DNA of 59,155 nucleotides from Candidatus Omnitrophota bacterium (GCA_018817165.1 JAHITY010000005.1:1-59155); one strand, 5' to 3'. Positions 9,545-21,340 are shown, counted from the first letter of the stretch. Made by a program: numbers and translations. Notes: generated from the letters alone by a model not told the origin.

Positions 9545-9880
9545 ATGAGAAGACATATTGATCGATGTTGGGAAGTAATGCGCTGTGATGAAGCACAGAC
9601 TTGTCCGGTTTATCCTGACAAAGGAGAAATATGTTGGGAAATAGCGGGAACAATGCGTAATAATGAGGCGCAGAAAAGGCTGGAAAAGCAAGCAATGCTT
9701 GCTAGACAAGAAGGCCGTGATATCACAGAACAACAACTTATTTTAAATAGCGCGGCAAAACCCGGAAAATTGTGTAAGTTTATTGAACGTTATGGTAGTT
9801 GTAAATGTTGTCCATATTACTTATACGCGGAAAAAGAACGCAAAAATATGCAGAGTCCTAAAAAATACGACGCTTTCTAA
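9545..9880 (+). CDS. small Cys-rich protein with paired CW motifs (unknown function)
   Basis: 111 aa with 9 Cys: RCWEVMRCDEAQTCPVYPDKGEICWEIAG plus C-terminal CKFIERYGSCKCCPYY. Confidence 0.55.
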   Translation: MRRHIDRCWEVMRCDEAQTCPVYPDKGEICWEIAGTMRNNEAQKRLEKQAMLARQEGRDITEQQLILNSAAKPGKLCKFIERYGSCKCCPYYLYAEKERKNMQSPKKYDAF

Positions 9881-9881
9881 A

Positions 9882-10469
9882 TTAAGTGAAAGGGTTTATA
9901 TTTATCTTAATCGAAAAAATCTTCAGAATGCTTGCTACTCTTTTTATCGGTAATCCAACCACATTGTAATAATCACCGATCATTTCTTTTACTAGAATAT
10001 CTGAATCTTTCTGAATAGCATAAGCTCCGGCTTTATCATGATTTAATTTAGATAGTTTTTTGATTTGGGTATTTGATAGTTTTCGGGTTTTTATCGTAGT
10101 TTTTTCGATATCAATAATTCTGCGGCCTGTTTTAATATCAATTATCGCAATTGCTGTATAAACAAATTGAGTTGTTCCGCTAAGTGCAGCTAATATCTGC
10201 TGAGCATGTTTTTGATTCTTTGGTTTTCCAAATATTTTATTATTTACGACTACAATTGTATCCGCGCCAATAACTAACCCTGCTTTAAATCTTCGGGCGA
10301 CACTTTCTGCCTTTGCCAAAGCCAAAAGTAGGGCATAAGTAACCGGATCCTGCTTGGGTTTTATTGGGTTTTCCCTGAGCATACTTGGGCTAATAACAAT
10401 TTTAAGCCCTGCTTGTTTGAGTAGCTGTTTGCGTCGCGGTGAACAAGAAGCCAGGATTATTTTTTTCAT
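9882..10469 (-). CDS. maf: Maf-like nucleoside triphosphate pyrophosphatase
   Basis: MKKIILASCSPRRKQLL ... GADTIVV ... KAGAYAIQ; start moved to the internal Met so that it follows the upstream gene's stop. Confidence 0.85.
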   Translation of the reverse strand: MKKIILASCSPRRKQLLKQAGLKIVISPSMLRENPIKPKQDPVTYALLLALAKAESVARRFKAGLVIGADTIVVVNNKIFGKPKNQKHAQQILAALSGTTQFVYTAIAIIDIKTGRRIIDIEKTTIKTRKLSNTQIKKLSKLNHDKAGAYAIQKDSDILVKEMIGDYYNVVGLPIKRVASILKIFSIKININPFT

Positions 10470-10474
10470 TAAAC

Positions 10475-12070
10475 CTAGTTTTCTTGGGTATAACTCTGAG
10501 GATTGGCTGCTTCTTTGACTTTGGAAAACCAATCGTTTAAAAACATATTTTTCTTTTGTGCTAAAACCTTATTGCTATAATTGCCTTTTTCCTGATCAAA
10601 CTTTTCTTGATCAAAATTAATTATCTGATCGAGTGTGGCTATGCATAAACCGCTGGGAGTGCTTAACAATCCGGTTACTTCATTTTGCTGTAAATCAAAC
10701 ACCGCATTGGTAAAATCTTGAGAATAACCAAGCTCAGCAATATATCCGCCATGAGTAATTGCTTTAACGGATTTAGTTTTTATTCCCAGCTTTTCTGCTG
10801 CGGCAGTGAAATTAATGCCATCATTTTTCATTAATTCAATGATTTGACTGCGAATTTTCATTCCATGCTCTTTAGCCAGTTTTTTTGCTTCGTTTTTTTT
10901 GTAAGCTAGGATAACCTCTTCTGAAATATTCTCGTATGAAGGAATATATGGAGGTAATTTTTTTATTGGTTTTAAAATATAAAATGCTGTGGGGGTTTGA
11001 ATGATTTCACTTACTTCGCCGATGCTTAATGAAAAGGCAGCCTTCAGAAAAGGAAAACTTAAACCCACATTTGGAATTTCTTCCAACATTGAAAATGGTC
11101 CAGTTTGTTTTGCTTCTAAATTAAATTCAGACGCAATTGTCTTCATTTCCACATCAGCGTAAAGCTTGTTAACTATTTGTCTGGCCAAGTCAAAAGCTCG
11201 GGTATTCATTTCTTTTTCGATTAAAATTTGCTTAATATTACTGCTTTCATTTTTTAAGGTTTTGTATTTTGGATTTTTATCATCTGTTTTTTCGGTAATC
11301 AAAAAGGTTTCTTTATTATCTTCATAATATTTTTTTATATCATCATCAGTTATTTCAATTTGGGGTTTAAAACTCTCAAGAGAAATTTCTATGTACTGCA
11401 CATCGACCTGTTCAGGTTTCTTAAAACTTTCTTTAGTCTCTTCATAATAAAGCTCAAGAGCTTTTTCATTATTATCTAAAGAAACTGATTCAACAAAATC
11501 AGCGGGATCAATTAAAGTATAAGTTATATCGGCTTGAACAAATTCTTTGGCATACGCGTCTTTTACTTCCTGTTCGTTAACGCTTATATCTTTAACTAGC
11601 TGGGCCATGAATTTTGAGATGATCAGAGAATTTCGCATTCCGCTTTCGAATTCCGCGGGAGTTTGTTGGAAAATCCGGCCAATAATCATATTGTAATTTT
11701 CCGGAGTAAGTTCAGCAAAACGGAAAGCCGGCAAACTCTGGATATAATCAAGCAGCTCTTTATTGCTTACAGATATTTTTGCCTGTTTGGCTTTATTTAA
11801 AAGAATTAATCGCGTCCATGTTTGATCATCAAGATCAAGGGCTTCTTCATTTTGGTCGCCGTATTTTAGCCAAGCCTCATTGCGGGCTGCCCGTTTTTCA
11901 ATCACAAAATCTTTCCAGGTGACTTTTTTATCAAATATTTTTCCGGCAAATCCGGAGCTGCGTTTACTTACAGCGCTTCCAATGTTCCAAAGCACAAAAG
12001 CCGGAACTATTATTATCGCAATTGACCAAACAATTGTTTTTGTGTGTTTACGTAAATTAGTGAAAAGCAT
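10475..12070 (-). CDS. PpiD-like membrane-anchored periplasmic chaperone / parvulin-type PPIase
   Basis: N-terminal TM anchor (IVWSIAIIIVPAFVLW), SurA-N-like region, parvulin-like segment; 531 aa. Confidence 0.6.
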   Translation of the reverse strand: MLFTNLRKHTKTIVWSIAIIIVPAFVLWNIGSAVSKRSSGFAGKIFDKKVTWKDFVIEKRAARNEAWLKYGDQNEEALDLDDQTWTRLILLNKAKQAKISVSNKELLDYIQSLPAFRFAELTPENYNMIIGRIFQQTPAEFESGMRNSLIISKFMAQLVKDISVNEQEVKDAYAKEFVQADITYTLIDPADFVESVSLDNNEKALELYYEETKESFKKPEQVDVQYIEISLESFKPQIEITDDDIKKYYEDNKETFLITEKTDDKNPKYKTLKNESSNIKQILIEKEMNTRAFDLARQIVNKLYADVEMKTIASEFNLEAKQTGPFSMLEEIPNVGLSFPFLKAAFSLSIGEVSEIIQTPTAFYILKPIKKLPPYIPSYENISEEVILAYKKNEAKKLAKEHGMKIRSQIIELMKNDGINFTAAAEKLGIKTKSVKAITHGGYIAELGYSQDFTNAVFDLQQNEVTGLLSTPSGLCIATLDQIINFDQEKFDQEKGNYSNKVLAQKKNMFLNDWFSKVKEAANPQSYTQEN

Positions 12071-12227
12071 GTTAACCCCCTGTATATTTTTAATGTTAAG
12101 ATAAATAAAGCTACAATATTTTATGCCAGAATAGACAATTTTAAATGTTAACTTAGTATATAGTAAAATAGTTGATTTTGCAAATTTTTTGACAAAAACT
12201 TACTTATATGATAAAGTTCAAAACAGG

Positions 12228-12857
12228 ATGAAAGATGCAATTAATCAATTAATACAATACTCACACAGTATAGCAGCGCGGGACCTGGTCCTAGGCTCAT
12301 CGGGTAATATTAGCTTAAAGTCTGGAACGGATATGCTGATTAAGGCCAGCGGCGTGTGTATGTCCGAATCGCAGAGTTCTGATTTTATAAGAGTGGATTT
12401 AAAAAATCTCTCTTATAAAAATAAAAAGCTCAAGCCCAGCTGTGAATCAAAGATGCATGCAATATGTTATGCCATGCGTCCGGAGATTAATTGCGTGATT
12501 CATACCCATCCTTTATACGCAACTACTTTGGTTAGCTGCTCAATTAATCCTCGTTTAATTTCTCCGGAATTCATTCTTTCAATCGGCTCTGAGATGAAGG
12601 TGGTTGAATATGCTTGTCCTGGGACAGAGGAATTAGCGGAAAGAGTGGGCCAAGCAGTAAAAAGTTCGAATATTGTTTATCTGAAAAACCACGGGCTTTT
12701 AGTTGTGGGAAAAACTTTGCAGCAGGCTTATACCAGGACATTGCTTGCCGAACAGATGGCTAAAATGCAAATTATCGGGCAGCTTTTAGGTAAAAAGCTT
12801 AAAGGCTTAAGTTCTGCTCAGGCTAAAAAATTATTAGCCCATCTGCAGGTTAAATAA
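12228..12857 (+). CDS. class II aldolase/adducin-family protein
   Basis: GSSGNISLK, metal-binding HTHP, NHGLLVVGKT; ATG 12228 preferred over the track's TTG 12189. Confidence 0.75.
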   Translation: MKDAINQLIQYSHSIAARDLVLGSSGNISLKSGTDMLIKASGVCMSESQSSDFIRVDLKNLSYKNKKLKPSCESKMHAICYAMRPEINCVIHTHPLYATTLVSCSINPRLISPEFILSIGSEMKVVEYACPGTEELAERVGQAVKSSNIVYLKNHGLLVVGKTLQQAYTRTLLAEQMAKMQIIGQLLGKKLKGLSSAQAKKLLAHLQVK

Positions 12858-12891
12858 TTTTGCAGCCTAAACAGGGAAGGCATTAAATTGC

Positions 12892-13872
12892 ATGCTTGAT
12901 GAAAAAGTTGCTCAAAGAATAAGCCTTGCCTTGAATTTTAAACAATCTGACCGCATTCCGATTTGTGAGTTTATCGATAATCCAAAAGTATTTGAATATT
13001 TTTGTCATGACTCTAATCCTTCGATTGAAGATAAGGTAAAGGCATACCATCAGTTGGGCATTGATATTTGCTGGCGCTTTGAAAGACGGCAAAGCTTGCG
13101 TTATCAAGGCATTTTAGAAAAACTGCAAAGATTTGCTTTACGCCAAAAAAAAATTAATGCTTTAAGTCCGTTCGAATTAAGTGAAGAAATTGATGATTTT
13201 AAGCAGCAGCAAAAATTATTTTATCCCTTTACTTGTTTGGCTATGTCGGTTGAGGGGTGTTTGAGTATTGCCTATAAAACTTTTGGATTTGAGGCGTTTT
13301 GTAAGAAAATGTATGTAGATTTGCTTGAAATAGAGAAGCTTATTGATATTTGTGCTGATAATCTTTATCAAAGAGCTCTGCGTTTTGCTGATGAGGAGCT
13401 TGGGCAACTTTTTTTTATAAAAGACCATATTGCTTATGATAAGGGTTTGCTGTTTTCAAAAAATTTTTTGTTGCGGCATTGGATCCCTAAAATTAAACAA
13501 GCAATAGCGCCTTTAAAAGAAAAAAATATAAAAGTAATTCTTCATTCTCGAGGAAATTTTACGCAAGTAATCGATGATTTACAGCAAGCTGGTTTTGATG
13601 GGATTCATCCGATTGATTCCCAATCAGGGATGAATATTGGATTAATAAAGAAACAGTATGCTAAAAACTTGCTTTTATTTGGGAATGTTGATCTTAAAGC
13701 CAGTCAAAGTTCCGGCCCTGATCAAATAAACGCGCTTACTCGAGAATGCATTAAAAAGGCATCATATGACGGAGGGCATTTTATTGGCACTGTTCATGGA
13801 ATTAATCGAGATTTAAAGCTGCAGCAAGTCCTTTCTTTTTTTTCCGCAGTACGAGATTTGAGCGCAATCTGA
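12892..13872 (+). CDS. uroporphyrinogen-decarboxylase (URO-D)-family protein, function unclear
   Basis: Length and C-terminal LLFGNVD..., GGHFIG pattern resemble URO-D/MtaA-like TIM-barrel enzymes; weak by-eye assignment. Confidence 0.45.
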   Translation: MLDEKVAQRISLALNFKQSDRIPICEFIDNPKVFEYFCHDSNPSIEDKVKAYHQLGIDICWRFERRQSLRYQGILEKLQRFALRQKKINALSPFELSEEIDDFKQQQKLFYPFTCLAMSVEGCLSIAYKTFGFEAFCKKMYVDLLEIEKLIDICADNLYQRALRFADEELGQLFFIKDHIAYDKGLLFSKNFLLRHWIPKIKQAIAPLKEKNIKVILHSRGNFTQVIDDLQQAGFDGIHPIDSQSGMNIGLIKKQYAKNLLLFGNVDLKASQSSGPDQINALTRECIKKASYDGGHFIGTVHGINRDLKLQQVLSFFSAVRDLSAI

Positions 13873-14020
13873 TCTCAATTTTTTAACCGCAAAAAATAAT
13901 ACTATAAGTTATTGTTAACAGTAATGTTAAATTATTTGTAAAAACTTTTAATATGTGTTATACTATATATGGTAGTCAGAGATGTGATTAACGCCATATG
14001 TGGGATAGGGGGTCGGAGTA

Positions 14021-14590
14021 ATGCTTTTTTTTAGTGAACTTATTAAACATATTATAAAACTAAATAAAATATGCTTAATAAGTTTGATTGTTTTGGCCTG
14101 TATTTTCTCTCGGACAAGTCAAAACCTAATAAAAGCGGATACTTTAACTGATGTTGTTGCAATTGTTTCAGATGAATATGATATTCCGGAAGAATTAATA
14201 AGGCATATTATTCAAGCTGAAAGCAGTTTTAATGAAAAAGCTGTCAGCTACTGTGATGCAAGAGGTTTAATGCAGATTACTCGTCCTACTTGGGAGTGGA
14301 TAACTCAGCAGTATCTGGAAGTTGACTGGGATTTTGATCAATGCGCTTTTGACCCAGAGAAGAACATTAGGGTAGGAACTCGTTTCTTGAGATGGATTAA
14401 TGATTATCTAGATCAAAAACAGGAATTGCTGAATGGCCCAAAGCAAGATCTTGTTTTAGCTTGTTATAATGCTGGTCCGGGAAATGTCAGAAAATATAAT
14501 TATTCAGTGCCTCCATTCAAGGAGACCGAGGATTATATTAAAAAAATTAACAATATGTCTAAAACTGCATATTTATTTGCTCGCAGATGA
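14021..14590 (+). CDS. lytic transglycosylase (SLT domain), membrane-anchored
   Basis: Catalytic-Glu motif AESSFNEKAVSYCDARGLMQIT and AYNAGPGNV; N-terminal hydrophobic anchor. Confidence 0.8.
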   Translation: MLFFSELIKHIIKLNKICLISLIVLACIFSRTSQNLIKADTLTDVVAIVSDEYDIPEELIRHIIQAESSFNEKAVSYCDARGLMQITRPTWEWITQQYLEVDWDFDQCAFDPEKNIRVGTRFLRWINDYLDQKQELLNGPKQDLVLACYNAGPGNVRKYNYSVPPFKETEDYIKKINNMSKTAYLFARR

Positions 14591-14651
14591 TCCCGTTAAT
14601 TAAGTTTCCATTAAACTTTTATTAATCTGTCTTGTCCTAATATAGTTGCTT

Positions 14652-14686
14652 GTCCCGCCTTTGTGTGGCGGGGACACTATTTTTTA
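14652..14686 (+). terminator. intrinsic terminator after the transglycosylase gene
   Basis: GC-rich stem gtcccgcc/ggcgggac with loop tttgtgt, then actattttt T-run. Confidence 0.7.
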
Positions 14687-14911
14687 ATATTGCGTCCTAG
14701 CGTAGTAATCGTCCATCTGTCCTCCATAGCCTTGGCGAAGGAGGATCATCCTTCGGTTTTCTGTAAACCTATTTCAGGATTAACAATCCTAACGATAAGC
14801 AGTTGTAATTGCCTTTCCTTTATGTTAGAATAATTTAAATCAAAAACCTTTAAGCCATAAATTTCTGCTATGGCTATGTTATATTAAAATAAAATTTGAG
14901 TTTTGCATTGT

Positions 14912-15589
14912 ATGGTATATAATATAATTCCTGGAACATTATATGTTGTATCAACGCCGATAGGGAATCTTCAGGATATAACTTATCGGGCAGTTGATGT
15001 TTTATCATTAGTTGATTTAATTGCCTGCGAAGATACAAGACGAACGAAAATCTTATTAGATCATTATCAAATAAAAAAACAATTAATCAGTTACTATGAA
15101 TATAATAAGCTTAAAAGAACAGATCAGATATTGGCTTATTTAAAACAAGGTAAATCAGTGGCTTTAGTCAGTGATGCTGGTACTCCTGGAATTTCTGATC
15201 CGGGGTATAGTTTAATTAAAAAAGTTATTGAGGAAAATATTTTATTGGAAGCAATTCCCGGAGTTTCGGCTTTGCTTACTGCCTTGGTGGTTTCAGGGAT
15301 GCCGATGCATCGGTTTTGTTTTGAAGGATTTTTGCCTGTTAAATCCGGAGCGCGTAGGAAAATTTTAGAAAATATAAAATTAGAAAAAAAGACAACTGTG
15401 CTCTATGAATCACCGCATCGGTTGCTTAAAACGCTTAACGCGATTAGAGATGTTTTTGGTAATAAGGATATTGTTATTGGCAGGGAGCTTACTAAAAAAT
15501 TTGAGGAAATGCTTCGACTTCCAGTGGCGGAGGCTATTACTTATTTTGAAAATAAAAATCCTAAAGGTGAATTTGTAATTATCGTTTAA
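14912..15589 (+). CDS. rsmI: 16S rRNA (cytidine1402-2'-O)-methyltransferase
   Basis: GTLYVVSTPIGNLQDIT, ACEDTR, SDAGTPGISDPG tetrapyrrole-methylase-fold motifs. Confidence 0.88.
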   Translation: MVYNIIPGTLYVVSTPIGNLQDITYRAVDVLSLVDLIACEDTRRTKILLDHYQIKKQLISYYEYNKLKRTDQILAYLKQGKSVALVSDAGTPGISDPGYSLIKKVIEENILLEAIPGVSALLTALVVSGMPMHRFCFEGFLPVKSGARRKILENIKLEKKTTVLYESPHRLLKTLNAIRDVFGNKDIVIGRELTKKFEEMLRLPVAEAITYFENKNPKGEFVIIV

Positions 15590-15609
15590 TTTTAACAGGG
15601 AGCGATTTT

Positions 15610-16014
15610 ATGGCTGAGAGTCTCAAGCATGTAATTTTATTAATGGAAGATGATGAGGTATTGCGGAGATATCTAGCAAAACTTTTAAGAGCGGATAATT
15701 TTGATGTTCTTGAGGCGGGAAGTGTGGAAGAAGCTATTGGCATTGCCAAAAGGCCGAATTTAAACTTGGTTATTGCTGATTTAAAAATGCCGGATGATAC
15801 AGCAATTGGTTTGATGAAAAAATTGGCTGAACTGCATATAGACATTCCGGTAATTATAATCACCGGGTTTGGCGAATGGGAAACCTATTTAGAAGCTTTG
15901 GATTTAGGGGTTTGTGATTATCTTAATAAACCGATTGAATATGCTGAGTTTAAAGATAAAATAAGTGCGATTATGTCAAAAGGTGGTAAAGCAAAAAAAA
16001 CTAAAAATAAATAG
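15610..16014 (+). CDS. single-domain response regulator (CheY-like receiver)
   Basis: Acidic pocket MEDDE, phospho-acceptor in VIADLKMPD, ITGFG, NKP; no output domain. Confidence 0.8.
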   Translation: MAESLKHVILLMEDDEVLRRYLAKLLRADNFDVLEAGSVEEAIGIAKRPNLNLVIADLKMPDDTAIGLMKKLAELHIDIPVIIITGFGEWETYLEALDLGVCDYLNKPIEYAEFKDKISAIMSKGGKAKKTKNK

Positions 16015-16090
16015 TATTTAATATGTTTAATATAAAATAAATGATTAATTAACTTTTACCAGAAATAGAGATAATTATAATCCCTTTAAA

Positions 16091-16702
16091 ATGAAAAATC
16101 TTGCAATTCTCTGCTCAGGGTTTGGATCCAATCTTCAAGCCATTATAAATTCAGTTAAAAAAGGTAAGCTAAAGGCAAATATTGCTTTAGTGCTTAGCGA
16201 TAAGGTTGATTCTTATGCATTAGTAAGGGCTAAAAAAGCGGGTTTGCTTTTTGTTTTTGCTAGTCCTGATGCCTTTCCGGATAGAGAAAGCTATGACAAA
16301 TATTTAGTAAAAAAGCTTAAGGTCAGTAAAATAGATTATGTGCTTCTTGCTGGTTTTATGCGGATTGTCAGCCCTTATTTCATTGATAATTTTAAAAACA
16401 AAATCATTAATATCCATCCGTCATTATTGCCGGCGTTTAAAGGCACAAAAGGAATAGTTGATGCGTTAAATTACGGAGTGAAAGTCACCGGAGTAAGTGT
16501 GCATTTTGTTAATGAGCAGCTTGATGGTGGTCCGATTATATTGCAAGAATCAATAAAAGTTAAGGATGATGACACTGCTGAGACTCTATCTGTACGGGTT
16601 CATAAGCTGGAACATAAATTATATCCGCAAGCTCTTAAATTATTGGTTGCTGGTAATCTAACTATAAAAAATAGAAAGGTTTTAATTAAAACAGAAAAAT
16701 GA
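16091..16702 (+). CDS. purN: phosphoribosylglycinamide formyltransferase
   Basis: SGFGSNLQAII, LAGFMRI, NIHPSLLPAFKG, VHFV...LDGGPII. Confidence 0.9.
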   Translation: MKNLAILCSGFGSNLQAIINSVKKGKLKANIALVLSDKVDSYALVRAKKAGLLFVFASPDAFPDRESYDKYLVKKLKVSKIDYVLLAGFMRIVSPYFIDNFKNKIINIHPSLLPAFKGTKGIVDALNYGVKVTGVSVHFVNEQLDGGPIILQESIKVKDDDTAETLSVRVHKLEHKLYPQALKLLVAGNLTIKNRKVLIKTEK

Positions 16703-18120
16703 AAGATCCAGTAAATATTAAGTTTGGCACTTCAGGGTGGAGAGCGATAATAGCTGATGATTTTACATTTGAAAACGTAAGATTAGTCAGTCAGGCAATG
16801 GCAGATTATTTAAAAGCGCACAAGCAGAATAAAAAGGTTTTAATTGGTTATGATACGCGTTTTTTATCTGGGCATTTTGCGCGAATCTGTGCAGAGGTTT
16901 TCGCTTCTAATAAAATAGAAGTATTGCTGTCTGATAGAGATGTGCCGACTCCGGCAATTGCTTTTAATATTATTGATCAAAAGCTGGGAGGCGGGATAAA
17001 CTTTACTGCTAGTCATAATCCCCCGGAATACAATGGAATAAAATTTTCGCCTTCCCATGGCGGTCCCGCGCAGCGTGAGGTAACTCAGGCCATTGAACAA
17101 AGAATTAGCCAGTTGCAGCAAAGCAATCAAAGTCCTAAATTGTGTTCAGATTGCGATAAGCATATAAAAAGCTTTGATCCAAAACAGGCATACTTAAAAA
17201 GATTAAATCAAATAGTTGATTTTTCCTGTATTAAAAAAGCAAAATTAAAGATTGCTGTGGACTGTATGTATGGTACAAGCAGAGGCTATATTGATCAACT
17301 GCTTAACCCAAATGTTAAAGAATTATTCATGTTTCATGATTATCTTAATCCGCTTTTTGGCGGAATGCCGCCTGAACCGGACAAGCCCTATATTCTGGAT
17401 ATGATTAATCATGTTAAAAAAAATAAATATGATTTAGGTTTGGGCTGCGATGGGGATGCCGATAGATTTGGGATTGTTGATCAAGGCGGAGAATTTTTTT
17501 ATCCCAATGAAATAATTACTTTACTATTTCATTATCTTTTGCAAACCAGACCCAAAGCCGCTAAAGTTGCCCGGACGCTTTCGACTACTCATATGATTGA
17601 TGCGATCGCCGCGGCGCATGGTATCGAGGTAATTGAAACCTCGGTTGGTTTTAAATATATAGGTGAAGCTTTAAACAAAGGTGATTGTATTATTGGCGGT
17701 GAAGAATCAGGCGGGCTTTCGATTCAGGGCCATGTGCCGGAAAAAGACGGGATTTTGGCGTGTTTATTAGTTGCTGAAATGGTAGCGCACGAGAAAAAGT
17801 CGCTGGGTCAGATGATCACAGAGCTGCGCAAAAAATATGGAAGTTTTTATTCCGGCAGAAAGAATATGCATCTTGGGCAAAAACAAAAAGAAATTTTGTT
17901 AGAAAAATTAAAAAAACTTTCCAAACAGCAATCATTTGGGGATATGCAGATAAAAAGCCGAAATCTTACAGATGGTTTTAAACTAATTTTCGATAATAAT
18001 TGTTGGGTGATGTTTCGTCCATCCGGCACAGAACCGGTTATGCGTTGTTATTTTGAAGCAAACAGCAAAAAAAAATTAGCTTATCTTCAGCAGCTTATTG
18101 ATAAATTTGTAAACGTTTAA
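16699..18120 (+). CDS. phosphoglucomutase/phosphomannomutase family protein
   Basis: Active-site TASHNPPEYNG, metal loop GCDGDADR, GGEESGG; ATGA overlap with purN. Confidence 0.87.
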   Translation: MKDPVNIKFGTSGWRAIIADDFTFENVRLVSQAMADYLKAHKQNKKVLIGYDTRFLSGHFARICAEVFASNKIEVLLSDRDVPTPAIAFNIIDQKLGGGINFTASHNPPEYNGIKFSPSHGGPAQREVTQAIEQRISQLQQSNQSPKLCSDCDKHIKSFDPKQAYLKRLNQIVDFSCIKKAKLKIAVDCMYGTSRGYIDQLLNPNVKELFMFHDYLNPLFGGMPPEPDKPYILDMINHVKKNKYDLGLGCDGDADRFGIVDQGGEFFYPNEIITLLFHYLLQTRPKAAKVARTLSTTHMIDAIAAAHGIEVIETSVGFKYIGEALNKGDCIIGGEESGGLSIQGHVPEKDGILACLLVAEMVAHEKKSLGQMITELRKKYGSFYSGRKNMHLGQKQKEILLEKLKKLSKQQSFGDMQIKSRNLTDGFKLIFDNNCWVMFRPSGTEPVMRCYFEANSKKKLAYLQQLIDKFVNV

Positions 18121-18203
18121 GTGCGCAAGTAATTTATTAGTTGACTTTTAAAAATTTTAGTTGTACACTTAACCTTAAGTCAAAACTACCAAAGGGTTAT
18201 TTT

Positions 18204-19079
18204 GTGAAAAAATTTCCAACTATATTTTTAATCTTTACTTGTGTGTTTTGCTGTGTGAATACATTGCGGGCAGAAGATAAAGTAAAATTAAAATATGATT
18301 TTCAGGTTGGCGCGAAATTGAAATATAATATGAAAATTGACGGGGATGTAAATATCCTAGTCAAGCAAAACGGGATTAACGCGGCGCCAAAGAATACTGC
18401 GAAAATGGAAGGTAATTTTAGTTATACTCATGAAATTACTGAAAACAGAGTAGCTGATCAAACCGCGAAAATAAATGTTATTTACGGCCAATCAGAGATG
18501 AATACGATTGTTAATGGCCAGAAAATTCCGAATAGCGATATTCCTTTGCTTAATGGCAAAATTGCGGTTATTGATGTTGGCTACAATGGGCAAGTGAAAG
18601 AATATAAATTGCCAGATAATTTGCCGGCATCTTTGCAAAATGCGGATTTTAAAAATATGTTTACAATTTTCCCGAATCGGACATTGAGTGTCGGGGAAAG
18701 CTGGATGGAAAATTCAGAGATTGTAAATGATGATAATGAAAATTATACGGTTACTAATACTGTTTATTTAACTAGAACTTTGCTCGGGATTGAACAAAAA
18801 AAATCAATTGAGTGCGCCAAAGTAAAATTAGTCGGGAATACTATTACGATTACAAAATCAAAAAAACCTGAGCTGAAACTTGATGGAAAAGTTGAGGCAA
18901 GAATAGATGGAATCGTATATTATGATCTGAACAGGGGCTATATTGTATATTCCTCAATTAAGAATACAATAAACAATGTAGTTACTACTGGTCAGATCAG
19001 CGGAGACGCGCAACAAGATTCAAAAGAAATAACTACGATTTTAGATACTGATTTAAATACTGTTGTTGAATTACTCTGA
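18204..19079 (+). CDS. secreted protein of unknown function
   Basis: GTG 18204 preceded by aaaggg; signal peptide KKFPTIFLIFTCVFCCVNTLRA. The track's TTG 18141 lies in a TTGACT-17-TACACT promoter-like motif. Confidence 0.45.
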   Translation: MKKFPTIFLIFTCVFCCVNTLRAEDKVKLKYDFQVGAKLKYNMKIDGDVNILVKQNGINAAPKNTAKMEGNFSYTHEITENRVADQTAKINVIYGQSEMNTIVNGQKIPNSDIPLLNGKIAVIDVGYNGQVKEYKLPDNLPASLQNADFKNMFTIFPNRTLSVGESWMENSEIVNDDNENYTVTNTVYLTRTLLGIEQKKSIECAKVKLVGNTITITKSKKPELKLDGKVEARIDGIVYYDLNRGYIVYSSIKNTINNVVTTGQISGDAQQDSKEITTILDTDLNTVVELL

Positions 19080-19095
19080 ACTAAGGAGAAAATAA

Positions 19096-20394
<1,299 letters not shown>

Positions 20395-20403
20395 AAAAAA
20401 GAT

Positions 20404-20673
20404 ATGAAGCTGAAGCTGGGAATAATAATAGCGATTATAATTTTAGGTATATTATTTTTTCCGGCATATTCAAAAATGCAAAAATTAACATTGAGAGATG
20501 AAGCTCTTTCTCGAAAAGTTGAAGAATTAAAGCTTGAAAATGAACAATTAGTGCAGGAAAATGAATTGCTGACCAATGATCTTGTATATATTGAAGAAGT
20601 GGCCAGAGAAAAATTGAAAATGGCGCGAGAAAATGAAGTAGTTTTTAGAATTGTTAATCAAGGTGAAGAATAG
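20404..20673 (+). CDS. ftsB: septum formation initiator (FtsB/DivIC family)
   Basis: 89 aa, N-terminal TM helix then a leucine-zipper coiled coil, ending YIEEVAREKLKM; located after eno, as in many bacteria. Confidence 0.7.
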   Translation: MKLKLGIIIAIIILGILFFPAYSKMQKLTLRDEALSRKVEELKLENEQLVQENELLTNDLVYIEEVAREKLKMARENEVVFRIVNQGEE

Positions 20674-20675
20674 AT

Positions 20676-21047
20676 ATGCAGGAAGATCAATTTAAAATCG
20701 GCGATACCCTAGAAGTAGAGGTTATTAAAATCCATAATTTTGGTGCTGTTGTAAAACTTTCCCAGAATGTGCGGGGATTGATTCATATTTCCCAGGTTTC
20801 TGATAGTTTTGTTAAAAATATAAACGAATTTTTAAAGATCGGTGATAAAGTTAATGCGCGGATAAAAAAAATCAGTGCTGATGGTAAAATCGATCTTACT
20901 TTAAAGAAAAATATTAAAACGGTTGCCCCTAATCCTAAACCAAAAGAAAAAGATAAACCTAAGGAACCGGCATTTGGGTTTTTTGGTCTGGGAGAAAAAA
21001 TGGAAGAGTTTTTAAAACGCGCGGAAGAAGAAAATATTGGCAGTTAA
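20676..21047 (+). CDS. S1 RNA-binding domain protein
   Basis: GDTLEVEVIKIHNFGAVVKL...GLIHISQVSDSFVKNI...GDKVNARI S1 OB-fold pattern with a Lys/Pro-rich tail. Confidence 0.75.
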   Translation: MQEDQFKIGDTLEVEVIKIHNFGAVVKLSQNVRGLIHISQVSDSFVKNINEFLKIGDKVNARIKKISADGKIDLTLKKNIKTVAPNPKPKEKDKPKEPAFGFFGLGEKMEEFLKRAEEENIGS

Positions 21048-21065
21048 TGCCTAATTAAAATATAT

Positions 21066-21142
<77 letters not shown>

Positions 21143-21340
21143 ATTTTCGTAAGTAGCTACCAAAAATCCAGGCAAAGAGGTACTTAATAACAACCTCGAG
21201 AATAATCATTTCTAGAATCTAAACATAGATCTTTTTAAAGTATCTGTTTGTTTAGATTTTTTTGCAAAATATTTAAAATGTGATATAACTTAAATACAAA
21301 TATTTGATTTTTAATTAGATTAAGCTTATCGAGGAATAAA

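Noticed and set aside
9398-9736. Minus-strand 112-aa ORF spanning the purC end and the Cys-rich ORF
   Set aside because: It overlaps two + strand genes, including the conserved purC C-terminus, and has no RBS or motif.
21143-21340. Looked for an integrase or mobile element next to the tRNA genes (6.1-6.4 kb, 21.1 kb, 22.5 kb)
   Set aside because: The flanking ORFs are housekeeping or sensor genes. No recombinase, phage-like genes or long direct repeats of tRNA 3' ends were seen.
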